Source of the DNA: Armatimonadota bacterium
GTDB lineage: Bacteria > Sysuimicrobiota > Sysuimicrobiia > Sysuimicrobiales > Humicultoraceae
Assembly (NCBI GenBank): GCA_052386995.1
Contig: JBQTJP010000011.1
Location: 1-31,044, forward strand
Direction: 5' to 3'
Length of the DNA: 31,044 nucleotides
Position 1 is the first letter of the stretch. Every line of letters starts with the position of its first letter. The translations under genes were made by a program, and so were the position numbers. The notes under the pieces are model-generated. The model saw only the letters and a program-made list of their open reading frames with translations. It was not told where the DNA came from and did no database searches. This document shows positions 8,758-16,957 of the stretch, in pieces.

Positions 8758-9060
8758 CTAACGTATGAACCCTAGAAGCCCCCAGCTGCCGTAGAAGAAC
8801 AACACAAGCCCCGCGATCCACAGGGCCCAGTCAACCATGCGCTGCGCAGGGCGGCGGTGAATGTAGTCGTAGGCGACAGTGCGCACCCCGTTCAACCCAT
8901 GATAGAGTACCACCGCCAGCAGGAGCCAGTCGACGCCGATCAACATGGTGCGCCGCAGCGGAACGCGAAAGAGGCCGTGCTGCACGCCGACGTGGATGCC
9001 CACTAGCAGCACCAGCAGCAGGCCGCTGGCCCGCTGCAGCAGCCAGAGCGCGGCGCTCAT
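8758..9060 (-). CDS. Succinate dehydrogenase-like membrane anchor (SdhD-like)
   Basis: WLLQRASG, YHGLNGVRTVAYDY, three hydrophobic segments, operon context. Confidence 0.85.
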   Translation of the reverse strand: MSAALWLLQRASGLLLVLLVGIHVGVQHGLFRVPLRRTMLIGVDWLLLAVVLYHGLNGVRTVAYDYIHRRPAQRMVDWALWIAGLVLFFYGSWGLLGFIR

Positions 9061-9075
9061 CCCGATCTCCGCACA

Positions 9076-9462
9076 TTACGGCACACGGAACACACCCCGC
9101 AGAACGCCGGCCGCAGCGATCAGGCACGCGATGGCGATGCAGCCCCAGAACATCCGGCGCCCTCGCATCGATTCGATGCCGAGGTCGAAGAGGACGAGGC
9201 GCACGCCGTTGGCCGAATGGTAGGCGAGGGAGACGAGCAGAACGACAAACGGCGCCGGATGTCTCAAGAAGCGGAGCAGCGCGGCGAAGCGCTCGGGGTG
9301 GCGCGGAGCCCCGGCAATGGTCACGACATGCCAGATGAGATAGGCGACGAGGAACAGGCCGGTGATCCGCTGGGCCCACCATGCCCACATGCCCCACCGC
9401 GGATGCGCGGGCCACAGTTCAGCGTACACCTTGATCCGCTGATCCGGCGCGAGCCGATGCAC
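9076..9462 (-). CDS. Succinate dehydrogenase-like cytochrome b subunit (SdhC-like)
   Basis: GMWAWWAQRITG, YLIWHV, YHSANGVRLVLFD; GTG start abutting the sdhB-like stop. Confidence 0.85.
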   Translation of the reverse strand: MHRLAPDQRIKVYAELWPAHPRWGMWAWWAQRITGLFLVAYLIWHVVTIAGAPRHPERFAALLRFLRHPAPFVVLLVSLAYHSANGVRLVLFDLGIESMRGRRMFWGCIAIACLIAAAGVLRGVFRVP

Positions 9463-10242
9463 TCAGCGGTGCCTTCCGAGCGCCTTCTGGAGCGTCCGGC
9501 CCGCCAGAATGCGCTTCACCTCTTCAATGGCGAGGGTCGGATCCAATCCTTTGGGGCACAGCTCGCTGCACGTCGTGTGCGTGTGGCAGCGCCAGCACCC
9601 GCTCTCCCGATCGAGGACGTCGAGCCGCTCGTGGCCCCCCCGGTCACGCGAATCCATCACCATGCAGAGCGATCTGGTGATCGCGGCCGGACCCAGGAAT
9701 CCCGGGTTGAGACTCACGACGTCGCACGCCGAGAAGCAGATGGCGCAGGAAATGCACTCGCGATGACGATCGATGACCGTGCGCTCGCGGCTGTCGGGGG
9801 CAATGACGGCGGGGCCAGGGAGACCCTCGGGCGTGGGCTGCAGCGCCGGTGTCGGCATGAAGGTCGGCTTGACCGAACGCCAGGCATCGAAGAACGGCTC
9901 GAAGTCAACCATCAGATCCCTGATGACGGGCAGATGACGCAGCGGCTCGACCACGACCTCACGAGGTGGAACCGCTTCTAGACGCGTGCTGCACGCGAGG
10001 CGCTCGACGCCGTTGACCCGCACCCCGCAGGTGCCGCACATGGCCACCCTGCATGCATATCGGAACGTCAGGGTGCGATCGAGATGACGCTGGATATGCA
10101 GGAGCCCGTCCAGCACGGTTGTCCGGGGCGTCTGCGGAACGTCGTAGGCCTGATACCGGGTACCTCCGCTGCCGTCGCCGCGGGCGACGCGCACGCGGCG
10201 GGTAGGGGCGGGGGCGGGCGTCGCCTGATTCCGCTGATCCAT
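9463..10242 (-). CDS. Succinate dehydrogenase/fumarate reductase-like iron-sulfur subunit
   Basis: CRVAMCGTC...LAC (2Fe-2S), CISCAICFSAC (4Fe-4S), CWRCHTHTTCSELCP (3Fe-4S pattern), LPVIRDLMVD. ATG at 10242 in a TGATG overlap. Confidence 0.93.
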   Translation of the reverse strand: MDQRNQATPAPAPTRRVRVARGDGSGGTRYQAYDVPQTPRTTVLDGLLHIQRHLDRTLTFRYACRVAMCGTCGVRVNGVERLACSTRLEAVPPREVVVEPLRHLPVIRDLMVDFEPFFDAWRSVKPTFMPTPALQPTPEGLPGPAVIAPDSRERTVIDRHRECISCAICFSACDVVSLNPGFLGPAAITRSLCMVMDSRDRGGHERLDVLDRESGCWRCHTHTTCSELCPKGLDPTLAIEEVKRILAGRTLQKALGRHR

Positions 10243-11951
10243 CAGCGCTGTGCTCCCAGCGCCTGCCGCCGCCGCACGCGTATTGGCCGGGTGGACATCT
10301 GAGGGCCGTCGGCGCCTTTCTTGACCACGATGTGTTTGAGCCACGCCGCGTCGTTTTCCGCGGGGAAGTCGGCGCGGAAATGCGCGCCGCGGCTCTCCTG
10401 ACGCTCGAGCGCCGCGCGGGCGATGAGCATTGACGTTGTCACCAGGTTCCTGGCGTTGAGCGCGGTCTGCCATTCCGGATTTGCCTGGGGCGCGCCGCGC
10501 ACGCTCAGTCTGCGCGCGAACGCCGCAAGTTCTGTCAGCTCGCCGATAGCCTCCCGGAGCCCAGGCCCATCGCGGATGATGCCGACCTTCTGCCACATCA
10601 GCGCGCGCAGACGGTCGAGGAGCGCGAACCCATCGACGCCGTCTGCGTGGTGCAGCGGCGCGGTGGCCTCGGCGACGACGCGGTCGACCTCGCGCTCGTC
10701 CGGCGTCTCGCGCGGGCGCCCGGAGACGTCCTCGACCATCACGTCACCTGCCAGCGCGCCGAACACGATCGACTCCGCCACCCCATTTCCCCCGAGCCGG
10801 TTCGCCCCCTGAACACCGGCGGCGTCTTCTCCGGCGGCGTAGAGTCCCTCAACGGTCGTCCGGCAGCGTTCGTCAATCCGCACTCCGCTCATCAAGAAGT
10901 GGGCCGTCGGCGACACCTCCACCGGACCGCTTGCCAGATCGGAGCCGGCCGCCCTCGTGCGCTCCACCATGCCGGGGAATTCTCGCTCGATGAACGCGCT
11001 GCCGAGGTGGCTCATGTCGAGCCAGACGCCACCCGCCAGGGTACCGCGTCCTTCATGGACCTCCTGATAGCAGGCCCGGGAGACGACGTCGCGCGTCGAG
11101 CGCTCCAGGCGCCGGGCATCATACCGTTCCATGAAGCGCTCACCCTGCGCGTTGTACAGGCGCGCGCCTGCGCCACGCAGCCCTTCCTCGAGAGGGGCGC
11201 CGTGCAGCTCGGAGCCTTCCACGACGATGCCCGTGGGATGGAACTGCACCATCTCCATGTCCATGAGCTCGGCGCCGGCGTCGTACGCCATGGCGATGCC
11301 GTCGGTGGTCTTCTCGCGCGAGGGCGTTGAGACCGCATACATCGTGGGCCCACCACCGGTCGCGAGCAACACGGCCCCGGCGTGAGCGACGACGAAGGAT
11401 CCGCGGCGCACGTTGAGCAGTACGCTCCCGCAGACGCGCCGGCCGTCGCGATCCTTGATCAGGCCGACGGCGCGGTGATCTTCCAGCACGCGGATCTTCT
11501 GTCCCAACACCGCATCACGGAGGCGCTCCATGATCTCGATCCCGGTCAGGTCACCGCGATGGACTGTCCGGTCGAACGACTGTCCCCCGAAGGGCTTCTG
11601 GTGAATCGTTCCATCGGGATTCCGGTCGAAGAAGCATCCCCACCGATTCTCGAGCTCGAGCAGCATCTCCGGGGCGCGGGTGATGAGTATCCAGACCAGC
11701 TCCTGATCGTTCAGGCGCGCGCCGCCGCTGATCGTATCCTCGAAATGCCGCTCGAACGAATCCCCTGAGCGCAGGACGGCATTGTAGCCGCCCTGTACCA
11801 TACGCGTGCAGCCGCTCTTGCCGAGCAGGCCTTTGACGACGACGGTGATATCGAGCCCCGGGGCCCGCTCGCTGGCGTGCAGCGCCGCTGTGAGCGCCGC
11901 CCCGCCTCCGCCCAGGATGAGAATGTCGGTGGCAAGAGCCTCATGCGCCAT
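10242..11951 (-). CDS. Succinate dehydrogenase/fumarate reductase-like flavoprotein subunit (non-canonical)
   Basis: ILGGGGAA, GKSGCTRMVQGG, LATGG, MEMVQFHPTG, TRDVVSR, PTAHF, GANRLGGN, ESRGAHFRADFP. ATG at 11951. Confidence 0.92.
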   Translation of the reverse strand: MAHEALATDILILGGGGAALTAALHASERAPGLDITVVVKGLLGKSGCTRMVQGGYNAVLRSGDSFERHFEDTISGGARLNDQELVWILITRAPEMLLELENRWGCFFDRNPDGTIHQKPFGGQSFDRTVHRGDLTGIEIMERLRDAVLGQKIRVLEDHRAVGLIKDRDGRRVCGSVLLNVRRGSFVVAHAGAVLLATGGGPTMYAVSTPSREKTTDGIAMAYDAGAELMDMEMVQFHPTGIVVEGSELHGAPLEEGLRGAGARLYNAQGERFMERYDARRLERSTRDVVSRACYQEVHEGRGTLAGGVWLDMSHLGSAFIEREFPGMVERTRAAGSDLASGPVEVSPTAHFLMSGVRIDERCRTTVEGLYAAGEDAAGVQGANRLGGNGVAESIVFGALAGDVMVEDVSGRPRETPDEREVDRVVAEATAPLHHADGVDGFALLDRLRALMWQKVGIIRDGPGLREAIGELTELAAFARRLSVRGAPQANPEWQTALNARNLVTTSMLIARAALERQESRGAHFRADFPAENDAAWLKHIVVKKGADGPQMSTRPIRVRRRQALGAQR

Positions 11952-12579
11952 GCGGCTTGTCTCCGCGATCAGGTGGGTTGCCCGGGGGACTCTCCGACGA
12001 GGACTTCTCCAGCAAGCCGGCGAGCCGCTGGCGCGCATCCTGCTTCACGCGCGCGTAGGTACTCTCCCCATAACTGTCGATGGATACCAGGAGCGGACCA
12101 AGATCGCGGACCCGAAACTGCCACAGGCATTCGGGCATCAGGTCTTCCCAGTACACCGCCTCGATCGCCTCGATGTGCAGCGTCTGCCAGGCCGCGGCCC
12201 CGCCGACGATCGTGAAATACGCCGCGCCGTGCTCCGCCATCGCGCGCACGCTGCCGTCGAGCAGGCCCGCCTTGCCGATGATCGCCCGCACGTCATACGT
12301 GCGCAGCAACGGAGCGGTGAAGCGGTCCATGCGGGTGCTCGTCGTCGTGCCCACCGACAGCGGCTCGTAGCGGTCCCCGACCTTCCGAACGTTCGGCGCG
12401 GTGTGCAGCAGCACGGCGCCGCGCAGGTCGACCGGGGGCTGCTGACCGTGATCGAAGATCCGGATCAGCGTGGCGTCGCGAACGCCGAAGATGATCCCGT
12501 TGAGGGTCACCCAGTCACCCACCCGCAGGGCGCGCACGTCGGTCTCGGTGAGGGGTGGCGTGAGGCGGTGCTCGGCCAT
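11941..12579 (-). CDS. Fe-S hydro-lyase beta subunit (class I fumarase / tartrate dehydratase C-terminal family)
   Basis: LRVGDWVTLNG, GVRDAT, TTTSTRMD, IIGKAG, GGAAA, DLMPEC, LLVSIDSYG. Confidence 0.9.
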   Translation of the reverse strand: MAEHRLTPPLTETDVRALRVGDWVTLNGIIFGVRDATLIRIFDHGQQPPVDLRGAVLLHTAPNVRKVGDRYEPLSVGTTTSTRMDRFTAPLLRTYDVRAIIGKAGLLDGSVRAMAEHGAAYFTIVGGAAAWQTLHIEAIEAVYWEDLMPECLWQFRVRDLGPLLVSIDSYGESTYARVKQDARQRLAGLLEKSSSESPPGNPPDRGDKPHGA

Positions 12580-13514
12580 CAGGGCTCCTGCTGCGGGACG
12601 CTCAGGCTCGAGGAGCCGATCTCCGCGCGGCCGTCAGGATAGATCCTGGCTTCGGCGCGCAGGCCCCGCCAGCACTGCATGTTGAGCCCGACCGGGTTTT
12701 GCGTGATGTGCGTGTAAGCGTGCTCGATGTGCACGGCCAGGGCGGTCGTATCGCCACCCACACCCTGCGGTCCGATCCCCAGGCTGTTGATTTTTGCGAG
12801 CAATTCCTCTTCGAGCGCCGCCAGGTGGGGATCGGGGTTGTGCGTGCCGATGCGGCGCACGGCTGCGCGCTTGGCGAGCACCATGCACTCGTCCGCCGAT
12901 CCTCCGACCCCGATGCCCACGATGCACGGCGGGCACGGATTCGCCCCGGCTTCGACGACACTCTCGAGGACGAACCGGCGGATCCCGTCGACGCCGTCGG
13001 CCGGCGTGAGCATGCGTAGAAAGCTCATGTTCTCCGACCCCGACCCTTTGGGCACGCAGAGCAACTCGAGGTACTCCGCGCCGGGGATGAACTCCCAGTG
13101 GATCACCGGAATCCGGTAGCCGGTGTTCGTCTGCGGATTTTGGCGGGTGATCGGGTGACAGACGCTCGATCGCAGCGGATGATCACGCGTGGCCCGCTCG
13201 ATCCCGGCCCGTAAGGCGGCGGCCACGCGCGCGCCGTCGACGTGCATCCCGGTACCCAGGCCCACCCAGTAGATCGGGGTTCCCGTGTCCTGACACACGA
13301 TCATCCGCCGCTCGTCGGCAATCTCGACGTTGCGGACGATGAGACCCAGGATCTTGCGAGCGACGTCGTGCCGTTCCCGCTCGTACGCCGCCGTGATCGC
13401 CGTCCGGATGTCGGCGGGCACATCCTTGAGCGCTGTGATATAAAGCGCGCAGGCCGTGTCTTCCACCGCGGCATAGAAGTCGCGCGCAGTCGATACGACA
13501 CGGCCTGCGTGCAT
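12579..13514 (-). CDS. Fe-S hydro-lyase alpha subunit (class I fumarase / tartrate dehydratase N-terminal family)
   Basis: CQDTG, LRSS, PKGSGSEN, GANPCPP, GIGPQGVGG, THI, MQCW (three cluster Cys). ATG at 13514 in a TGATG overlap. Confidence 0.92.
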   Translation of the reverse strand: MHAGRVVSTARDFYAAVEDTACALYITALKDVPADIRTAITAAYERERHDVARKILGLIVRNVEIADERRMIVCQDTGTPIYWVGLGTGMHVDGARVAAALRAGIERATRDHPLRSSVCHPITRQNPQTNTGYRIPVIHWEFIPGAEYLELLCVPKGSGSENMSFLRMLTPADGVDGIRRFVLESVVEAGANPCPPCIVGIGVGGSADECMVLAKRAAVRRIGTHNPDPHLAALEEELLAKINSLGIGPQGVGGDTTALAVHIEHAYTHITQNPVGLNMQCWRGLRAEARIYPDGRAEIGSSSLSVPQQEP

Positions 13515-14362
13515 CAGTGGGTCATGCCCCATCGCTTTATGGTCCGCTCCTCTACGGCTCGAAAGATTCCGTTTTCCACGATCAGCCCGATGAGCACGAT
13601 CGTGATCAGCCCCGCAAACACGGCGGCCGTCTCTAAATAATAGCGCTTCTGGTAGATGAACCACCCAAGCCCGCCTTTGCCGCCGATCACCCCAAAGACA
13701 AGTTCTGCGGCAATCAGCGTCCGCCACCCAAATGCCCAGGCGATCTTGAGCCCAGTGAGAATGGCCGGAAGGGCGGCGGGGATATAGATCGACCAGGCAA
13801 GAGGCCACCGGCGCAGGCCCAGGTTGCGGCCCACAAGGATCAGCGTGCGCGGCACCGTGATAAATCCCGTGAAGATGTTCAGCGCCATCGGCCAGATAGT
13901 GGCGTGGACAAGCACGAAGATCATCGATTGCACGCCAAGCCCAAACCACAGCAGGGCCAGCGGAAATAACGCGATCGCCGGAAGCGGGTTGAACATGCTC
14001 GTGGCGACCTCGAGGAACTCCCGGCCGCGGCGCGTGAACAACGCGATCATCGCAAGCCCGAACGCTCCAATGACTCCCAGCGCCATACCCATCAGCAGTA
14101 CCCGCAGCGAGCGCTGCGCGTAGACCAGCAGCTCTCCACTGGCGACGCCGCGTGCCCACACACCCAGCACCGCGGATGCCCGCGGGAAGAGCAGCGGGTT
14201 CGCGGCAAAGGCCAGCGGCGCGATCTCCCAGCCGGCCAGGAGGAGCAGGACAATGACCACCTTCCCCAGTGGGAAGCGCCCCACGAGCCAAATCCAGGAC
14301 AGGCCGAACGGACGGCCAGTCGCGATGCTTCCCTTCGCCTCTTCAGTCGCCATGGAGGGCAT
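13514..14362 (-). CDS. NitT/TauT-family ABC transporter permease
   Basis: NPLPAIALFPLALLWFGLG, IPAALPAILTGLKIAWAFGWRTLIAAEL, GGLGWFI. Confidence 0.92.
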   Translation of the reverse strand: MPSMATEEAKGSIATGRPFGLSWIWLVGRFPLGKVVIVLLLLAGWEIAPLAFAANPLLFPRASAVLGVWARGVASGELLVYAQRSLRVLLMGMALGVIGAFGLAMIALFTRRGREFLEVATSMFNPLPAIALFPLALLWFGLGVQSMIFVLVHATIWPMALNIFTGFITVPRTLILVGRNLGLRRWPLAWSIYIPAALPAILTGLKIAWAFGWRTLIAAELVFGVIGGKGGLGWFIYQKRYYLETAAVFAGLITIVLIGLIVENGIFRAVEERTIKRWGMTH

Positions 14363-15140
14363 CGCCGTTCTCCACGCCCAGCAGCCCGCGGATCTCTTTC
14401 TGTGTGCGCAGAACGGCCGGGCTGTCCGATCCGGAGTCCACCCCAGGATTGTCGAGCATCGCCAGCACCCGCCCAGGCCGGGGCGTCATCACCATGATGC
14501 GGTGGCCAATGAGCACCGCCTCCTGAATGCTGTGGGTCACGAACAGGATCGTCTTGTGCGTCTCCTGCCAGATCCGATTCAACTCGACCTGCATGCGGAG
14601 GCGCGTCAACGCGTCCAGGCTGCCAAACGGCTCGTCCATGAGCAGGACCTCGGGGTCCAGCGCAAGCGACCGCGCGAGTGCGACGCGCTGCTTCATCCCT
14701 CCGGAGAGCGTGTGCGGGTATGCATGAGCAAACCCTTCCAGCCCAACCATCTGCAGATGGGCGATCGCGCGCGGTCTCACCTGATCGGGCGAGAGGCGCG
14801 CGGCGGTCTGAAGGCCAAAAATCACATTGCCGAGGACCGTTTTCCAGGGAAGAAGCTGGTCGAACTCCTGGAAGATGAGAATCCGATCCGCACCGGGCTC
14901 GGTGACCTCGACCCCTTTGAAGAGAATCTGGCCGGCATCGGGGCGGATGAAACCCGCGACACCCTTGAGGAGGGTGGACTTCCCGCAGCCCGACGGTCCC
15001 AGGAGGACGAATTTCTCGCCATTGCGCACTTGCAGCGAGAAATCCTCGATGGCCGAGGTCACGCCGGCATCGCTGGCAAAGCGGATCGAGACACTCCGCG
15101 CCTCGATGAGCGGAGCGGTCGACCCCGGGGTGTCGCCCAT
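14343..15140 (-). CDS. NitT/TauT-family ABC transporter ATP-binding protein
   Basis: GPSGCGKST, LLPWKTV, LSGGMKQR, LLMDEPFGSLDALTR, FVTHSIQEA. Confidence 0.95.
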   Translation of the reverse strand: MGDTPGSTAPLIEARSVSIRFASDAGVTSAIEDFSLQVRNGEKFVLLGPSGCGKSTLLKGVAGFIRPDAGQILFKGVEVTEPGADRILIFQEFDQLLPWKTVLGNVIFGLQTAARLSPDQVRPRAIAHLQMVGLEGFAHAYPHTLSGGMKQRVALARSLALDPEVLLMDEPFGSLDALTRLRMQVELNRIWQETHKTILFVTHSIQEAVLIGHRIMVMTPRPGRVLAMLDNPGVDSGSDSPAVLRTQKEIRGLLGVENGDALHGD

Positions 15141-15161
15141 CAAGATGCCCCCGTGGCGAGT

Positions 15162-16133
15162 TCAGTCCCCGGGCAGCCTGTGCATGTTCTCGAAGGCGAA
15201 ATCCTTCCACGACGCCGGGGTCTGTTTGATCTGGTTGGTCTTCTTCAGGAATCCCGCGAACTGCATCAGGCGATGCGGTGTCGTGGTGTATTGAAGCTCG
15301 GGATTCCGCAGCAGCGCGCGCATAAAGCCCGGCTGTGTGTTCTCGGCTTCGGCGAGAATCCGCGCAGCGTCGTCGCGCTGATCGATCAGGTAGGCCGTTG
15401 CCTCGTCCAGCGCGCGGAGAAAGGCTCGATAGACCTCGGGGTTCCGCCGCGGGAAGTCTTCCATGGCCCAGACCAGGTTAAAGGTGTGCGGGCCACCGAC
15501 GACCTGGTAACTGTCAAAGACCTTTCGGATGCCCGTGATCTGCAGTTCGAGATATTGAAACGGCGGAGAGGTCAGGTGCCCGGTGATCTCCCGTTTGGAG
15601 ATGAGGGCAAACATCCCGTCCGGATGGGACATCGCCACGATCAGCTGGTCAAGGGCCAGGGGATTCCCCAGTTCCTTCTCTGCCGCCATCTGCAGCACGA
15701 CGTGCTGGATGCTGCCGACCGCGGGCATCGCGATCTTGTCGGCCGGGGTCAGATCCCTGATCGTACGCACTCCATCCCGGTTGGTATTCAGGTAGAGGGG
15801 CATCTGATTCAACGCCGAGACGATCTTCCACTTGACCCCGCGATCCCAGGCGATGATGAACGGCCCCACGCCGCCACTGCCGATGTCCACCTGCCCCGCC
15901 AGCATGGCGTCGCGGATCACCGGGCCGGAGGTGAGCCGCAGCCACTCCACCTGCAGTCCCGGAAGGTGCTTCTCGAGCATCTTGAGCTCGCGCATGACGA
16001 TCAGGTGTGCGTAGCCGATGCCCGGCTGAATGGCGACGCGCAGACGCCGCTGGATCTGGCCGTGCGAAGGTCCGGCCAGCAGAACAAACCCGATGAGCAC
16101 CGCAACCAGCATCGCGCCCCATGCTCTTCTCAC
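15162..16133 (-). CDS. NitT/TauT (SsuA/TauA-like) ABC transporter substrate-binding protein
   Basis: Signal peptide, LRVAIQPG, DAMLAGQVDIG, IAMPAVGSIQH, SPPFQY, FPRRNPEVYRAFLRAL; GTG start with a purine-rich SD. Confidence 0.88.
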   Translation of the reverse strand: MRRAWGAMLVAVLIGFVLLAGPSHGQIQRRLRVAIQPGIGYAHLIVMRELKMLEKHLPGLQVEWLRLTSGPVIRDAMLAGQVDIGSGGVGPFIIAWDRGVKWKIVSALNQMPLYLNTNRDGVRTIRDLTPADKIAMPAVGSIQHVVLQMAAEKELGNPLALDQLIVAMSHPDGMFALISKREITGHLTSPPFQYLELQITGIRKVFDSYQVVGGPHTFNLVWAMEDFPRRNPEVYRAFLRALDEATAYLIDQRDDAARILAEAENTQPGFMRALLRNPELQYTTTPHRLMQFAGFLKKTNQIKQTPASWKDFAFENMHRLPGD

Positions 16134-16201
16134 GATGACAACCCCCTTCCGAACCGGTGACTACGCTATTACGTGGCGCTGTCGGGCCTTCCTCCCGGGG
16201 C

Positions 16202-16957
16202 TCATACCACCAGCGCGTCGGACTCGACTGAGATGCCCAAAGACCCGGCCAACGCAACAATGTCGGCACATAGGCGCTCCCCTGCGTCGGCAACGGCGTC
16301 GAGCGTCGAGGGGACGACGCCAATAAGGATCTCGACCAGGCGGCGAAAGTCCGGGGGCTGCGCGGGGCACTCGGAAGCTTGGGAGAAGAGCCAGCGCGAG
16401 GTAGTCATCCAACGCCGGTTCAGGAAGAGGACGAGCACAGCCGCGTGCTCAGCAATCAAGAATCCATTGAAGCGGGCGACAAGATCGTCTCCAACGAGTC
16501 TGGCGTTGCGCAGCTTATCACGGCATTCGATGAGCGCCGTGGTGGCGTGGCAGAGTCCGTGCCGAAAGTCTGAGCCGTCCCGTTCGTCCATCACCAGATC
16601 AAGACGTCGCAGCCATCCCTCGCGTTCGTAAAGGACTATCCTGTCGCGGTACCCACCAGCCACGATGGGCCACCGCCAGGTCACGCGGCCCGTGTTCTTG
16701 ATGATGGCAGACTCCTGAGGGTACTCGATCTCGATGAGCAGACCGCGGTAGACGTATAGTTTTTCCTCGATCTCTACGCCATCACGCACCACGGCGGTCA
16801 GCTCCAAGTCGGAATGCGGCAGGTCAAGGCCTCTGGCGGTCGAGCTGGTCACGAAGACAGCGTGCACGGCATCACCGTACGCCCGCAGGATCTCCTCTGC
16901 GAGGCGCCCGGCAATCTCGATGCGCTCGTGGTGGCCCATGCCTGGTTGGTTGATCAT
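16202..16957 (-). CDS. Kanamycin nucleotidyltransferase (ANT(4')/KNTase)-like protein
   Basis: ERIEIA...ILRAYGD.V.AVFVTSSTARGLDLPHSDLEL resembles the ANT(4')-I N-terminal Pol-beta motif; a helical C-terminal domain follows; about 250 aa. Confidence 0.75.
   Translation of the reverse strand: MINQPGMGHHERIEIAGRLAEEILRAYGDAVHAVFVTSSTARGLDLPHSDLELTAVVRDGVEIEEKLYVYRGLLIEIEYPQESAIIKNTGRVTWRWPIVAGGYRDRIVLYEREGWLRRLDLVMDERDGSDFRHGLCHATTALIECRDKLRNARLVGDDLVARFNGFLIAEHAAVLVLFLNRRWMTTSRWLFSQASECPAQPPDFRRLVEILIGVVPSTLDAVADAGERLCADIVALAGSLGISVESDALVV

Noticed and set aside
14253..16160. 635-aa plus-strand ORF
   Set aside because: Antisense shadow of the ABC genes; no recognisable motifs; typical of high-GC codon bias.
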